DNA of 64,000 bases from Herpetosiphon giganteus (GCF_016907925.1 NZ_JAFBCZ010000018.1:1-64000); one strand, 5' to 3'; shown: positions 38,100 to 48,239, counted from the stretch's first letter. Notes: generated by a model not told the origin, from the sequence alone. Numbers and translations: made by a program.

Positions 38100-38922
38100 T
38101 GAGCAACGTACCAAACCGCAATTGAGCAGCCTTGGTCGCTTGGCAGCGGCAATGTTGCTGCTCATGGTTGTAGCCGTCAGTATCGGCCCATTGTTTTGGC
38201 AGGTCGATCCGCTGGCGCAGAATGTTGCTGAGCGTTTGGCCCCGCCATCGTTGAGCAATCCACTAGGCACCGATCAATTTGGGCGCGATGTTCTAGCCCG
38301 AATCTTAATTGGCGGGCGTTGGTCGTTATTGGGTGCGGCCTTGGTCTGCGTTGGCACAAGCTGTTTGGGCTTGTTCATTGGGGCATGCTGTGCCTTGGGA
38401 CCGCGCTGGCTTGATTATCTACTGAGCCGCATCACTGAAACCTTGCAAGCAATTCCAGCAGTGTTGTTGGCCTTGGCGCTAAGTGCGATTCTCTCGCGCT
38501 CGTTTGGCAATTTGCTGCTGGCCTTGGTGCTGACCAATTGGACGTGGTATGCCCGCATGTATCGGGCCTTGATCATGAAAGAATTGGCAATGCCCTATAT
38601 CGAAGGTGCGCAGGTCATTGGGGTCAAACCGCTGGCGATTCTAACCAGGCATGTGCTGCCCAACCTCTTTGGCGCGATTGTTGTGGTTGCCACGACCAAC
38701 TTTGGCAGCGTGATTTTGAATCTCTCGGCTTTGTCGTTTATTGGCTTTGGCCTCAACCCACCAACTCCAGAGTGGGGCAATTTGATTAACGAATCGCGGA
38801 CATTTTTTCAACGTGAGCCACGCCTAATGATCATTCCAGGCCTGTGCATCGCCACAACCGTGCTTTGGATCAATCTCTTGGGCAATGCCCTGCGTGATCG
38901 CTTGGATATTGATAGAATGTAG
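38014..38922 (+). CDS. ABC transporter permease (DppC/OppC-like)
   Basis: 6 TM segments and EAA loop region; start uncertain (38014 or 38152) and overlaps the upstream permease. Confidence 0.75.
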   Translation: MLSLTGALTSVWQRLTHGSANIAKAQQADEQRTKPQLSSLGRLAAAMLLLMVVAVSIGPLFWQVDPLAQNVAERLAPPSLSNPLGTDQFGRDVLARILIGGRWSLLGAALVCVGTSCLGLFIGACCALGPRWLDYLLSRITETLQAIPAVLLALALSAILSRSFGNLLLALVLTNWTWYARMYRALIMKELAMPYIEGAQVIGVKPLAILTRHVLPNLFGAIVVVATTNFGSVILNLSALSFIGFGLNPPTPEWGNLINESRTFFQREPRLMIIPGLCIATTVLWINLLGNALRDRLDIDRM

Positions 38923-39480
38923 AGAGTGGGGATCGGGGGTTGGGGATCGGGAGACCAATTTAACGCAGAGGCGCAGCGGCGCAGAAGGATGAAGGATGAG
39001 GGATGAAATGCCGAATCAAAAGTCAGAAGGCAAAAATCAAAAGGCTCTAGGCTATAGGAACAGGAATCAAACAAATCTGGGCAATCTGTGGCTAAAAATA
39101 ATTCTTCGTGCAATTCGTGGCTAAAAGTTTGGGTTTAACGCAGAGGCGCAGAGAACGTATGGCTATAGGCTATGGGCTATTGGCTATTGGTGTTGGTCTG
39201 GCACGAACATAATCCCACAAATCTGTGTCAATCTGTGGCAAAAAATACGTATTCGGGCAATTCGGGCAATTCGTGGCGAAAAAAATAAAAGAACATAGAG
39301 CATAGAACATAGAGCAAAGAACATAATCCAAACAATCTGGGCAATCTGTGGCTAAAAAACTTAACCTTCGTGATCTTCGCGTCCTTCGCGGTTTCCGGCC
39401 TTCGTGTCCCTTGGTGTCCTTCGTGGATCAAAAACAAACCCCCGCCACCAGAACGGTAGCGAGGGTTCGTAAGCCATAGT
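38923..39480. repeat. mosaic repeat island C, the largest at about 560 bp
   Basis: GGGGATCGGGGGTTGGGGATCGGGAG, TTAACGCAGAGGCGCAG twice, GAAGGATGAAGGATGAGGGATGA, CAATCTGTGGCTAAAAA three times, CATAGAGCATAGAACATAGAGC, inverted CTTCGTG runs. Confidence 0.85.
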
Positions 39481-39489
39481 AAAAACCGC

Positions 39490-40548
39490 TTAGTCAAGAT
39501 ATGCTCGGAGGTGTTGGCCAACATTGGGTTGGCGCAAGTGGCGCATTGCTTCGGCCTCGATTTGGCGGGTACGTTCGCGGGTAATCCCGAATTCAGCCCC
39601 GACTTCTTCGAGAGTGCGGCGTTTGCCATCGGCCAAGCCATAGCGCAACTGCAAGATTTGGCGTTCGCGGTCGGGCAATTGCGAAAGTGCATCGGCCAAC
39701 TCATCGTGCAACATCATGCGCGTTGCTTGCTCGAGTGGCGCTTCATCGGTATCGTCGGCCAAAAACTCGCCAACCCGACCTTGGCCTTCTTTGCCAATTG
39801 GTTGTTCAAGCGAAACTGGCTGCACCGAGGCATTCAGCATGCGCTTGACCTTGCGCAAACTTACGCCCAAGGCATCGGCCAACTCATCGGGAGTGGCCTC
39901 GCGTTGCAGGGCTTGTTCAAGCTGGTAGGCAACGCGGCGCATTTGCGCAATTGATTCGCTCAAGTGAACTGGTAAGCGAATCGTGCGGCTTTGTTCGGCA
40001 ATCGCCCGCGTGACTGCTTGGCGAATCCACCAGGTAGCATAGGTTGAAAAACGGTTGCCTTTGCGATAGTCGAACTTTTCGACGGCACGCATCAAGCCAA
40101 TATTGCCTTCTTGGATCAAATCCATGAACGACATATGATTGCCGATATATTTTTTGGCGACGCTGACCACCAAGCGTAAATTGGCTTGAGTTAGCTTGCG
40201 CCGGCCTTCGTTGCCATAATCGACGCGGCGTTCGAGCGCTTTGCGCTCGTCCCAGGTTGCGTATTGCTCGGTTTGCAACTGGAGCTCCGCCTTGCGCCCA
40301 GTTTCAATTTGTTTGGCGAGAGTAATTTCTTCCTCGGCGGTAAGCAATTCGACCTCGCCGATTTCACGCAAATACATCTGGACTGAATCTTCGACAGCCT
40401 CGGAATAGAGCGTTTTCTTGCGGCGTAGGTTTACTATGGCTAATTCTGCGTCTTCATCATTAAAACCCGGCTCAAGCTCCCAGCCCTCAGGGGCATCTTC
40501 AAGCTCCGGTTGGTTTTTTGCTACATTCATCGTTTCATACTTTGTCAT
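39490..40548 (-). CDS. rpoD: RNA polymerase primary sigma factor
   Basis: regions 1.2 to 4 (LRLVVSVAKKYIGNHMSFMDLIQEGNIGLMRAVEKFDYRKGNRFSTYATWWIRQA; TLEEVGAEFGITRERTRQIE); start 40548 or 40530. Confidence 0.9.
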   Translation of the reverse strand: MTKYETMNVAKNQPELEDAPEGWELEPGFNDEDAELAIVNLRRKKTLYSEAVEDSVQMYLREIGEVELLTAEEEITLAKQIETGRKAELQLQTEQYATWDERKALERRVDYGNEGRRKLTQANLRLVVSVAKKYIGNHMSFMDLIQEGNIGLMRAVEKFDYRKGNRFSTYATWWIRQAVTRAIAEQSRTIRLPVHLSESIAQMRRVAYQLEQALQREATPDELADALGVSLRKVKRMLNASVQPVSLEQPIGKEGQGRVGEFLADDTDEAPLEQATRMMLHDELADALSQLPDRERQILQLRYGLADGKRRTLEEVGAEFGITRERTRQIEAEAMRHLRQPNVGQHLRAYLD

Positions 40549-41046
40549 CGTCCACGCTCGCTGGGCTACGCCCACTATGGCTTTCGCTAGCTGGCGGCGC
40601 ACGAAAGCTATCTATTGAACCCGCAGGATTCTTTATACAATGTACTACGTTACGTCTGGTTAGCTTGGATGTTTGCTGGATTGTGACGGGCTGCTTACAA
40701 CATCCTGGATGATGTCTGAAGCAAAAACCACGCCACGAACTGTAATTCTTACAGTTACAGTATAACAAGTATAGTATAGCAAGAGATTCGTCAAGATCAA
40801 TAAGCCAAAAGGGGTAGTTTATAGATGTTCAAAGTTTCTTCATAGGTTAGGAGTAAAGTGCTAGTGTACAATGGGACTATTGTATGCATTGGGGGATTTA
40901 TCGAATTGTTAGGTATCAAAAAGTGGCTTGAAATGAGGTCAAATAATAGTTAAAAACTATTGCAAAGGGTATAGCTATCCGCTATAATGCGTTGCGGTCA
41001 AAACCGAGGTTCCTTGCCGCAACGCACCTCTGCGGTGATAAAACCA

Positions 41047-41229
41047 TTAGCGATCTTTGTACATGGTGCGAATATAGCGGGTGCTAACTTTCATTCGCTT
41101 CATTTGACCATTAACTTCAACCATAGCCCATTGGATATTTGGTTTCCATGAGCGATTGGTACGGTTTTTAGCGTGGCTCACATTGTGGCCGAAGGAGCGC
41201 TTTTTCCCCGTCATTTGGCAGACTGCCAT
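41047..41229 (-). CDS. rpmB: 50S ribosomal protein L28
   Basis: MAVCQMTGKKRSFGHNVSHAKNRTNRSWKPN matches L28 (MSRVCQVTGKRP..GNNRSHALNATKR); GGAGG RBS. Confidence 0.85.
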   Translation of the reverse strand: MAVCQMTGKKRSFGHNVSHAKNRTNRSWKPNIQWAMVEVNGQMKRMKVSTRYIRTMYKDR

Positions 41230-41523
41230 GGGCGGACCTCCGTAGTTGAGACTTAAAAAGAGCCACCCTTGGTGGCTGTACCCGCTGACTATACCATAGG
41301 ACGCGCTCTGATGCAACTTTTTAAATTATGCACGTTTGCTGGCTGAATGCAGCGCAATCAAGGCCAATTGGGCTTCAGATTGAAGCCAATTATGGCATAT
41401 GCTAGCTCTTGCATAATCGAGTATCATACAGCAGTAGCGCGGTTAGTTCCGCGCTATTCTCATCAAAAAACCGACGCTCGTGAGCGCCGACCATCGAACC
41501 ATCTAGTTGCGAGGACTGTTCGA

Positions 41524-42003
41524 GTGAACGAGAAAACAAGTCTCGCGAATGTGCGCCAAAACGACGCTGGACGCATCGAGGTACATTCTCGCGCCATTGC
41601 TACTGTGGTAGCCGGAGCGGTAGTGCGGTGCTACGGCGTTGTGGGCATGGCCCCGCGCAACTTACGCGATAGTGTCGCCCATGTGTTGCGACCGGAAGAT
41701 CAATATAAAGGTATTGACGTGCAAGTCAGTGCCGAGGCAATTAACATCGATCTGTTTGTGATCATCGAGTATGGCACACGGATCGCCACGGTTGCCCGCA
41801 ATATTATGGAAACTGTTCAGTACGCGGTTGTGCATGCACTTGGCGAGGCCAATATTACGGTCAATGTGCATGTTCAGGGCCTGCGGATTGAGCAAGCAGA
41901 CAAAGAACCAACAAAAGATGCAACCGAAGGCCAGCCCAGCCGCTGGCGACGTTTTGGCGTAATGGGAGGTCTGCGTGGACAGCGCACCGAAGAATCAAAT
42001 TGA
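41524..42003 (+). CDS. Asp23/Gls24 (YloU-like) family protein
   Basis: Asp23-like repeats IATVARNI...ITVNVHVQGL; GTG start 41524 with GAGGA RBS. Confidence 0.7.
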   Translation: MNEKTSLANVRQNDAGRIEVHSRAIATVVAGAVVRCYGVVGMAPRNLRDSVAHVLRPEDQYKGIDVQVSAEAINIDLFVIIEYGTRIATVARNIMETVQYAVVHALGEANITVNVHVQGLRIEQADKEPTKDATEGQPSRWRRFGVMGGLRGQRTEESN

Positions 42004-43612
42004 TGGCAGCCGGCTGTTGGCAGTTTTTCGCGCAGCCGCAGCGTGGTTTAGCCAGAATGTGGCAACTGTCAACGCCCTAAATGTGTTTCCTGTACCCGAT
42101 GGCGATACAGGAACCAACATGAACCTTACGCTGACAGCGGCGCTCAAGGATGTGCAGGATGATGCCTCGGTCGCTGTCGTGGCCGAACGAGTTTATCGCG
42201 GAGCTTTGATGGGCGCTCGCGGCAACTCTGGGGTGATTCTTTCGCAAATTCTGCGCGGGCTTTCACAGGGCATGGCCGGCCAGCAGGTTTGTACGCCCGA
42301 AATCTTGGTTGCAGCCTTAGAACAAGCCTCAACCACTGCCTATAAAGCGGTGATCAAGCCAGTCGAAGGCACGATGCTCACGGTTATTCGCGAAACCAGC
42401 GAAGCAGCCCGAGCAGGCTTTAAACCAGAAATGAACTGGCACGACGTGCTTGATTTAATTGTTAAAGGTGCACGGGTTTCGGTCGATAATACGCCCAACC
42501 TGATGAAAATGTTACGCGACGCTGGCGTGGTCGATGCTGGCGGCGAAGGTTTGTATGTGCTCTTCGAGGGTGCACAGGCATTTGCCCGTGGCGAAAAACT
42601 TGAGCAACGAGTTGCGCCGGTCGATCAATTGGCTATGGCTTTTGACGATATTCATAGCGACGATGATTTTGGCTATTGCACCAACTTTATGATCCAAGGC
42701 GAAGACATCCCGTACGAAGATGTTCGGCGCACGATTGCCGAGATGGGCACGTCGGTGGTGGCGGTTGGCGATGAGCGCTTGATCAAGGTGCATTTGCACA
42801 CCTTGCGGCCTGGCGATGCATTAAATTATGCAGTGCAATGGGGCAGCCTTGGGGCAATTGAAATTACCAATATGGATAAACAGCGCAGCGATCTGCATGA
42901 GGCCAAAGCTCAACAAACCAGCCAACCAGCGCGGGTCAAGCCCGATGAGCCGGTCAGCGATGTTGGCGTGGTCGCGGTCGCGCCTGGCCAAGGTTTCCGT
43001 GAGCTATTTGAATCGTTAAATGTTGGCGAAGTGGTTACTGGCGGCCAAACCATGAATCCCTCGATTCAAGATTTGGTGACGGCAATCGAGAAATTGCCCC
43101 AGCCAGCAGTTGTGGTGTTGCCAAATAATAGCAATGTGATTTTGGCAGCGCAACAAGCGCAACAATTAACCAATAAAGTTGTGCATGTGATTCCAACCAA
43201 AACCGTGCCCCAAGGCATGGCCGCAATGTTTGCCTTTAATTATGCGGTTGGCGCTGAGGAAAATGTGCAGGCTATGAGCCGCGCAATTAAAGCGATTACC
43301 ACGGCGGAAATTACGACTGCTGTGCGCGATGCTACCGTGAATGAGGTTGAAGTGCGCGATGGCCAAACAATTGGCTTGCTCAACGGCGCACTGGTTGAAT
43401 CTGGCGATCAGCCCGACGACGTGATTGATCGCATCTTAGCCAGGATGGATTTGGACGACCATGAGATCGTTACCATCTATTATGGCGAACAATGTTCGGC
43501 GGAACAGGCTGAAACACTAGCCCACAAAATCAACGCAACCTACCCTGCGCTTGATGTTGAGGTGCAAAACGGCGGACAACCATTTTATGATTACATTCTC
43601 TCTGCGGAGTGA
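41975..43612 (+). CDS. DAK2-domain protein (YloV/FakA-like fatty acid kinase)
   Basis: ALNVFPVPDGDTGTNMNLT matches the YloV N-terminus; GTG start with GGGAGG RBS; 29-nt overlap with the asp23-like gene. Confidence 0.8.
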   Translation: MDSAPKNQIDGSRLLAVFRAAAAWFSQNVATVNALNVFPVPDGDTGTNMNLTLTAALKDVQDDASVAVVAERVYRGALMGARGNSGVILSQILRGLSQGMAGQQVCTPEILVAALEQASTTAYKAVIKPVEGTMLTVIRETSEAARAGFKPEMNWHDVLDLIVKGARVSVDNTPNLMKMLRDAGVVDAGGEGLYVLFEGAQAFARGEKLEQRVAPVDQLAMAFDDIHSDDDFGYCTNFMIQGEDIPYEDVRRTIAEMGTSVVAVGDERLIKVHLHTLRPGDALNYAVQWGSLGAIEITNMDKQRSDLHEAKAQQTSQPARVKPDEPVSDVGVVAVAPGQGFRELFESLNVGEVVTGGQTMNPSIQDLVTAIEKLPQPAVVVLPNNSNVILAAQQAQQLTNKVVHVIPTKTVPQGMAAMFAFNYAVGAEENVQAMSRAIKAITTAEITTAVRDATVNEVEVRDGQTIGLLNGALVESGDQPDDVIDRILARMDLDDHEIVTIYYGEQCSAEQAETLAHKINATYPALDVEVQNGGQPFYDYILSAE

Positions 43613-43656
43613 TACACAGCCCCGTTTCTGACGGCGCGATGGAGATATGTTGGGTT

Positions 43657-44505
43657 ATGGCGCGAGTAAAGATTATTACCGATAGCACTGCTGATATTCC
43701 ACCAGCCTTGGCACAAGAGCTGAACATCACCGTGATTCCAATCTATGTGCATTTTGGTGATCAGACGTTGCGAGCTGGGATCGACATTAGCAACGAGCAG
43801 TTTTATCGGCGGATGGCCGAGGGTGGGCCGTATCCTTATACGACTGCACCAGCACCAGGAGTGTTTGAACAGTATTATCGTCAATTTTCCCGTGAATATG
43901 ACGGGGTCTTTTCAATTCACTTGTCGAATCGCTTTGGCGGCGTGGTTAAATCGGCAACGATTGCCCGCGATAAATTGCCAGCCTCGCTGACCCGCGTTGA
44001 GGTGATTGATAGCACCTCGACCTCGTTGGGCTTGGGCATGGTGGCGATCGCCGCCGCCAAGGCAGCACTTGATGGCGCATCACTTGATGAAGTGCATCGA
44101 ACGGTCATGCAAACTATTCAATTGACCCATGTGGTGTTTTTTGTTGATTCAATTGATTATCTTGAACGCAGCGGGCGTTTATCGCAAGCCTCGGCAATGC
44201 TTGGCTCGATGCAACGGATCAAGCCTTTGCTGATTCTTGATGATGGTGAAATTGTGCCTTACGATCGCACCCGCACGCGGGCCAAAGCAATTGAAGGCTT
44301 GTTTACCTTTATTGAGGACTTTCCCAAAGTCGAGCAGGTGGCGATTATGCACAGCACCACGCCCGATGATGTGGAGAAATTGCTTGAGAAGATCGACCCA
44401 ATCTACCCTCGCGATCAGGTCATGATTGTGGAATATGGGCCAGCGCTGGGCGCACATCTTGGGCCAAATGCAATGGGTGTCGTGGTTTACGAAGGGATCG
44501 AGTAA
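43657..44505 (+). CDS. DegV family fatty-acid-binding protein (FakB-like) 1
   Basis: MARVKIITDSTADIP DegV N-terminus. Confidence 0.8.
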   Translation: MARVKIITDSTADIPPALAQELNITVIPIYVHFGDQTLRAGIDISNEQFYRRMAEGGPYPYTTAPAPGVFEQYYRQFSREYDGVFSIHLSNRFGGVVKSATIARDKLPASLTRVEVIDSTSTSLGLGMVAIAAAKAALDGASLDEVHRTVMQTIQLTHVVFFVDSIDYLERSGRLSQASAMLGSMQRIKPLLILDDGEIVPYDRTRTRAKAIEGLFTFIEDFPKVEQVAIMHSTTPDDVEKLLEKIDPIYPRDQVMIVEYGPALGAHLGPNAMGVVVYEGIE

Positions 44506-44693
44506 ACCAACGCCGCAACGCAACTGCGCAGCAACCAAGCATGCAATAAACCAAAGCAATACCCCACGCAGCGCCATTTTAGGCTATTATACGGCTGCGT
44601 GGGGTAGCTATTCCCTTAGCGAGCAGTGTGCTGGCAGTGTAGCCAAAGGCCGCTCGCTACGATTTGGCGAAAATAAAGCCAGAAGGAGGCCAA

Positions 44694-45527
44694 GTGGCGA
44701 TTATTGTAACCGACAGTACTGCTGATATTCCGCCAGGGTTGGCAGCAGAACACGACATTCATGTGATTCCATTAACGGTTAATTTCGATGCAGAATCGTT
44801 CTCCGATGGCGTTGAAATTACCCACGATCAATTTTATGCGCGCCTCGTTGCCAGCAACAATTTGCCAACCACGTCGCAGCCCTCAGTTGGGGCCTTCGAG
44901 CAATTGTATCGCGCAATTGGCAACGACGAGCCAATTATCTCGATTCATATTGCTGGCAAATTAAGCGGCACGATTCGCTCAGCCCAACAAGCAGCCGAAT
45001 TATTGCCCGATTTCGATATTCGGGTGATCGATGTTCAAAGCACCACCATGTCGCAAGGCTGGGCAGCGCTTTTGGCAGCCCGCGCCGCCAAAGAAGGCAA
45101 ATCGGCTGATGAAATTGAAGCCTTGGTGCATAGCATCGTCGAGCGCACTCGCTTGCTGGCCGCTTTGGATACCTTGCGCTACCTCGAAAAAGGTGGCCGG
45201 ATTGGCAAAACCCGTGCGTTGCTGGGAACCTTACTCAACGTCAAGCCGATTATCGACGTGCGTGATGGCGAAGTTAAGCCCTTCGAGCAAGTGCGCAGCA
45301 AGAAAAAAGCAGTCGCCCGCTTGATCGAAGAAGCGCGCAATATGGCTCCCTTCGAAGAGTTGGCGGTGCTCTATTCGCGCAACGAGGAAGAAGCCCAAGA
45401 GTTTGCCCAAAGCCTCAACGAAATTTTCCCCGCCGAACGAATTGTGCTGGCCGAAATTGGGGCAGTTGTAGGAACCCACATCGGGCCTGGCGCATTAGGC
45501 TTCACTGGCGTGCGTAAGAATAAATAA
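44694..45527 (+). CDS. DegV family fatty-acid-binding protein (FakB-like) 2
   Basis: VAIIVTDSTADIP; GTG start after AGGAGG (alternative TTG 44664). Confidence 0.8.
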   Translation: MAIIVTDSTADIPPGLAAEHDIHVIPLTVNFDAESFSDGVEITHDQFYARLVASNNLPTTSQPSVGAFEQLYRAIGNDEPIISIHIAGKLSGTIRSAQQAAELLPDFDIRVIDVQSTTMSQGWAALLAARAAKEGKSADEIEALVHSIVERTRLLAALDTLRYLEKGGRIGKTRALLGTLLNVKPIIDVRDGEVKPFEQVRSKKKAVARLIEEARNMAPFEELAVLYSRNEEEAQEFAQSLNEIFPAERIVLAEIGAVVGTHIGPGALGFTGVRKNK

Positions 45528-45960
45528 ACGATCAGGAATAAGGGGGTCAGGGATCAGGCTTAAAAAACACGAACTCTGGTCCCTCGCCCCTGAATTCCCT
45601 AGCTCTGCACTAATAATCCACGAAGAGCACGAAGGCTTGAAACCGCGAAGAGCGCGAAGCGCACGAAGGTTAAATTTTTCGCCACAGATTGGCACAGATT
45701 CGTATGATTATGTTCCCAAGAGCCGATAGCCCAACGCCAATAGCCAACAGCCAATAACCCTGACCCCTCGGTTTTGGCTTGTGATTTTTGCTTTCATCCT
45801 TCATTCTTCTCTTTTGATTTTTGATTTCTGCCTTTTACTTTCACTGCTTCTATGTTCTATGTTCTTTGCTCTCTGTTCTCCTTACGCCTTCATCCCTCAT
45901 CCTTCATCCCTCATCCTTAACAACAGCGACTTAAGTCATAGCTAGTCGTGCTATAATCGT
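45528..45960. repeat. mosaic repeat island D
   Basis: GGGGGTCAGGGATCAGG, CCACGAAGAGCACGAAGG..CGCGAAGAGCGCGAAGCGCACGAAGG, TTTCGCCACAGATTGGCACAGATTCG, TTTTGATTTTTGATTTCTGCCTTTTAC, CATCCCTCATCCTTCATCCCTCATCC. Confidence 0.85.
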
Positions 45961-46031
45961 TCTAAATAGCATAACAAGATTGCTCAATGGTGCGCGACAC
46001 TCGCATCATTGTTATAGGAGCGCATAGCACC

Positions 46032-47111
46032 ATGGGCTTGTTTGGGAAACGGGCGGATGCGCCAACACAAGAGGCAGTCTTGGCTGCCCTTGCAACGGTG
46101 CAAGAGCCAGAACTCGGCGGCAATTTAGTTGCTCGCAAAATGATCAAAGAACTGACCATCGATGGCGGACGCGTCGTCGTCCTCGTCGATCTGACCACGC
46201 CAGCCTGTCCGTTCAAGGACCAGTTGGCCAACGATGTACGCGCAGCCTTGGCCCAAGTGCCTGGTGTAAGCGAAATCGAGGTCGATTTTACCGCCACCGT
46301 GCGGTCATACAATGGGATTCCTGATAAAGCCCGTGTGCCTGGCGTGAGCCATATTTTGGCGGTAGCTTCAGGCAAGGGCGGCGTAGGCAAATCAACTGTC
46401 GCGGTCAATCTTGCGGTCGCGTTGGCCCAAGAAGGCGCGCGGGTTGGCTTGCTCGATGCCGATATTTATGGGCCAAGCGCCCCGTTGATGACTGGCGCAC
46501 GCGGCAAACCAGGCATTACCGAAAATCAAAAAATTGCCCCGCTCGAAGCGCATGGTATTAAAATCATTTCGGTGGGCTATTTTGTTGATGATAGCCAGCC
46601 TTTGGTTTGGCGTGGGCCGATGATTTCATCGATGTTGCGTCAATTTTTATTCGAGGTCGATTGGGGCCAGCTCGATTATTTGGTCGTCGATTTGCCCCCG
46701 GGCACTGGCGATATTCAATTAACCTTGGCCCAAGCGATTCCGCTTTCAGGCTCGGTTGTGGTAACCACCCCGCAAGATGTAGCCCTTGCTGATGCGATTA
46801 AAGGCGTTGAGATGTTCCGCAAGTTGAATGTACCCATCTTGGGGATCGTCGAGAACATGAGCTACTTTATCGCACCTGACACTGGCAAGCGCTACGACAT
46901 CTTTGGCCATGGCGGCGCACAAACCGCCAGCACCAAATTGGGTGTACCATTCTTAGGCGAAATTCCGTTGGGTATGTCTATTCGCGAAGGTGGCGACACT
47001 GGCCAGCCAGCGGTTACCCAAAGCGCCAAAGATGCCTATGCAGATGCCTTCCGCGATGTTGCACGCACGCTCGCAGGCCGCATCAGTATTGAAACCATGG
47101 TGGCGGCCTAG
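46032..47111 (+). CDS. Mrp/NBP35 (ApbC-like) iron-sulfur cluster carrier ATPase with N-terminal DUF59
   Basis: deviant Walker A VASGKGGVGKSTVAVNLAVAL and a CxxC-type region; start 46032 or 45987. Confidence 0.85.
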   Translation: MGLFGKRADAPTQEAVLAALATVQEPELGGNLVARKMIKELTIDGGRVVVLVDLTTPACPFKDQLANDVRAALAQVPGVSEIEVDFTATVRSYNGIPDKARVPGVSHILAVASGKGGVGKSTVAVNLAVALAQEGARVGLLDADIYGPSAPLMTGARGKPGITENQKIAPLEAHGIKIISVGYFVDDSQPLVWRGPMISSMLRQFLFEVDWGQLDYLVVDLPPGTGDIQLTLAQAIPLSGSVVVTTPQDVALADAIKGVEMFRKLNVPILGIVENMSYFIAPDTGKRYDIFGHGGAQTASTKLGVPFLGEIPLGMSIREGGDTGQPAVTQSAKDAYADAFRDVARTLAGRISIETMVAA

Positions 47112-47185
47112 CGCCTTGCCACTGGCAACGCTTCAATGACGCATGGCTGCTGCTATGCGTCATTGTTGTCTGAAAGAGCAAGCCG

Positions 47186-48220
47186 ATGATGCCGATTGAA
47201 CTACTGGAAAGCCCTCAAACCAGCCAAATCCACGCCAGCGCCCCTGCCCACGATGCCCATGGGCGGCGGATTAATTACCTGCGGATTTCACTCACCGACC
47301 GTTGTAATTTTCGCTGTTTCTACTGTATGCCCGAATGGGGCATGCAATTTGCACCCAAACCAGAATTGCTCACCAATGACGAATTGATTCGTTTGGTGCG
47401 AATTATGGCCCAAACTGGCTTTGAAAAGATTCGCTTGACTGGCGGCGAGCCAACTTTGCGCCGCGATTTGGTCGGGCTGGTCGAGGCAATTGCCAATACT
47501 CCAGGCATTAACGAAGTTTCGATGACCACCAATGCCTTATTATTAGCTCCGATTGCTCAGCAATTGGCCAACGCAGGCCTCAAACGGGTCAATATCAGCA
47601 TCGATTCGCTTAACCCCGAAAACTTCCGCAAAATCACGCGCGGCGGCGATTTGGCGCGGGTTTGGGCTGGCATCGAAGCCGCCGAACAAGCTGGTTTAAC
47701 GCCACTCAAGCTTAATTGTGTGATTGTACGCGGCGTGAACGACCACGAAGTGCTGGATTTGGCTCGACTGACGATCGATAAACCATGGCAAATGCGTTTT
47801 ATCGAGGTGATGCCCTTGGTTGGCGTGGCCGATGTCGCCGATAACGGCGTGGTGCCGAGCAACGAATTAATTGGCCAAATTGAAGCCAACTTGGGCCTCG
47901 ATTTCCTTGGTTGGTATGGAGCCGACCCAGCCCGCACCTATCAGATTCCTGGGGCGCAAGGCAAAATTGGCTTTATTAGCTCAATTAGCGACCCGTTTTG
48001 TGCCACCTGCAATCGCATGCGGCTGACAGCCGATGGCAAATTACACCTGTGTTTGCTGCGCGATAATGAGCTTGATCTGCGGGCAGCGCTGCGGGGCAAC
48101 GGCAGCGACGAAGAGCTAGAAGCCTTGATCAGACATGCGGTTTGGATTAAACCTTGGGGCCATGGCTTGCCCGATGGGGTTAAACCTACAGTTCGAGGAA
48201 TGTCAGAATTAGGCGGGTAA
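47186..48220 (+). CDS. moaA: GTP 3',8-cyclase (radical SAM)
   Basis: CNFRCFYCMP radical-SAM Cys triad; C-terminal CATCNRMRLTADGKLHLCL. Confidence 0.9.
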   Translation: MMPIELLESPQTSQIHASAPAHDAHGRRINYLRISLTDRCNFRCFYCMPEWGMQFAPKPELLTNDELIRLVRIMAQTGFEKIRLTGGEPTLRRDLVGLVEAIANTPGINEVSMTTNALLLAPIAQQLANAGLKRVNISIDSLNPENFRKITRGGDLARVWAGIEAAEQAGLTPLKLNCVIVRGVNDHEVLDLARLTIDKPWQMRFIEVMPLVGVADVADNGVVPSNELIGQIEANLGLDFLGWYGADPARTYQIPGAQGKIGFISSISDPFCATCNRMRLTADGKLHLCLLRDNELDLRAALRGNGSDEELEALIRHAVWIKPWGHGLPDGVKPTVRGMSELGG

Positions 48221-48239
48221 TAGTGGAGAAGAACGAACC

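Noticed and set aside
40989-41030. tRNA-like or terminator hairpin GCGTTGCGG..CCGCAACGC downstream of rpmB
   Set aside because: It is a single stem-loop without cloverleaf arms or T-loop consensus, so it is not a tRNA. It lacks a U-tract on the rpmB strand, so terminator function is unproven.
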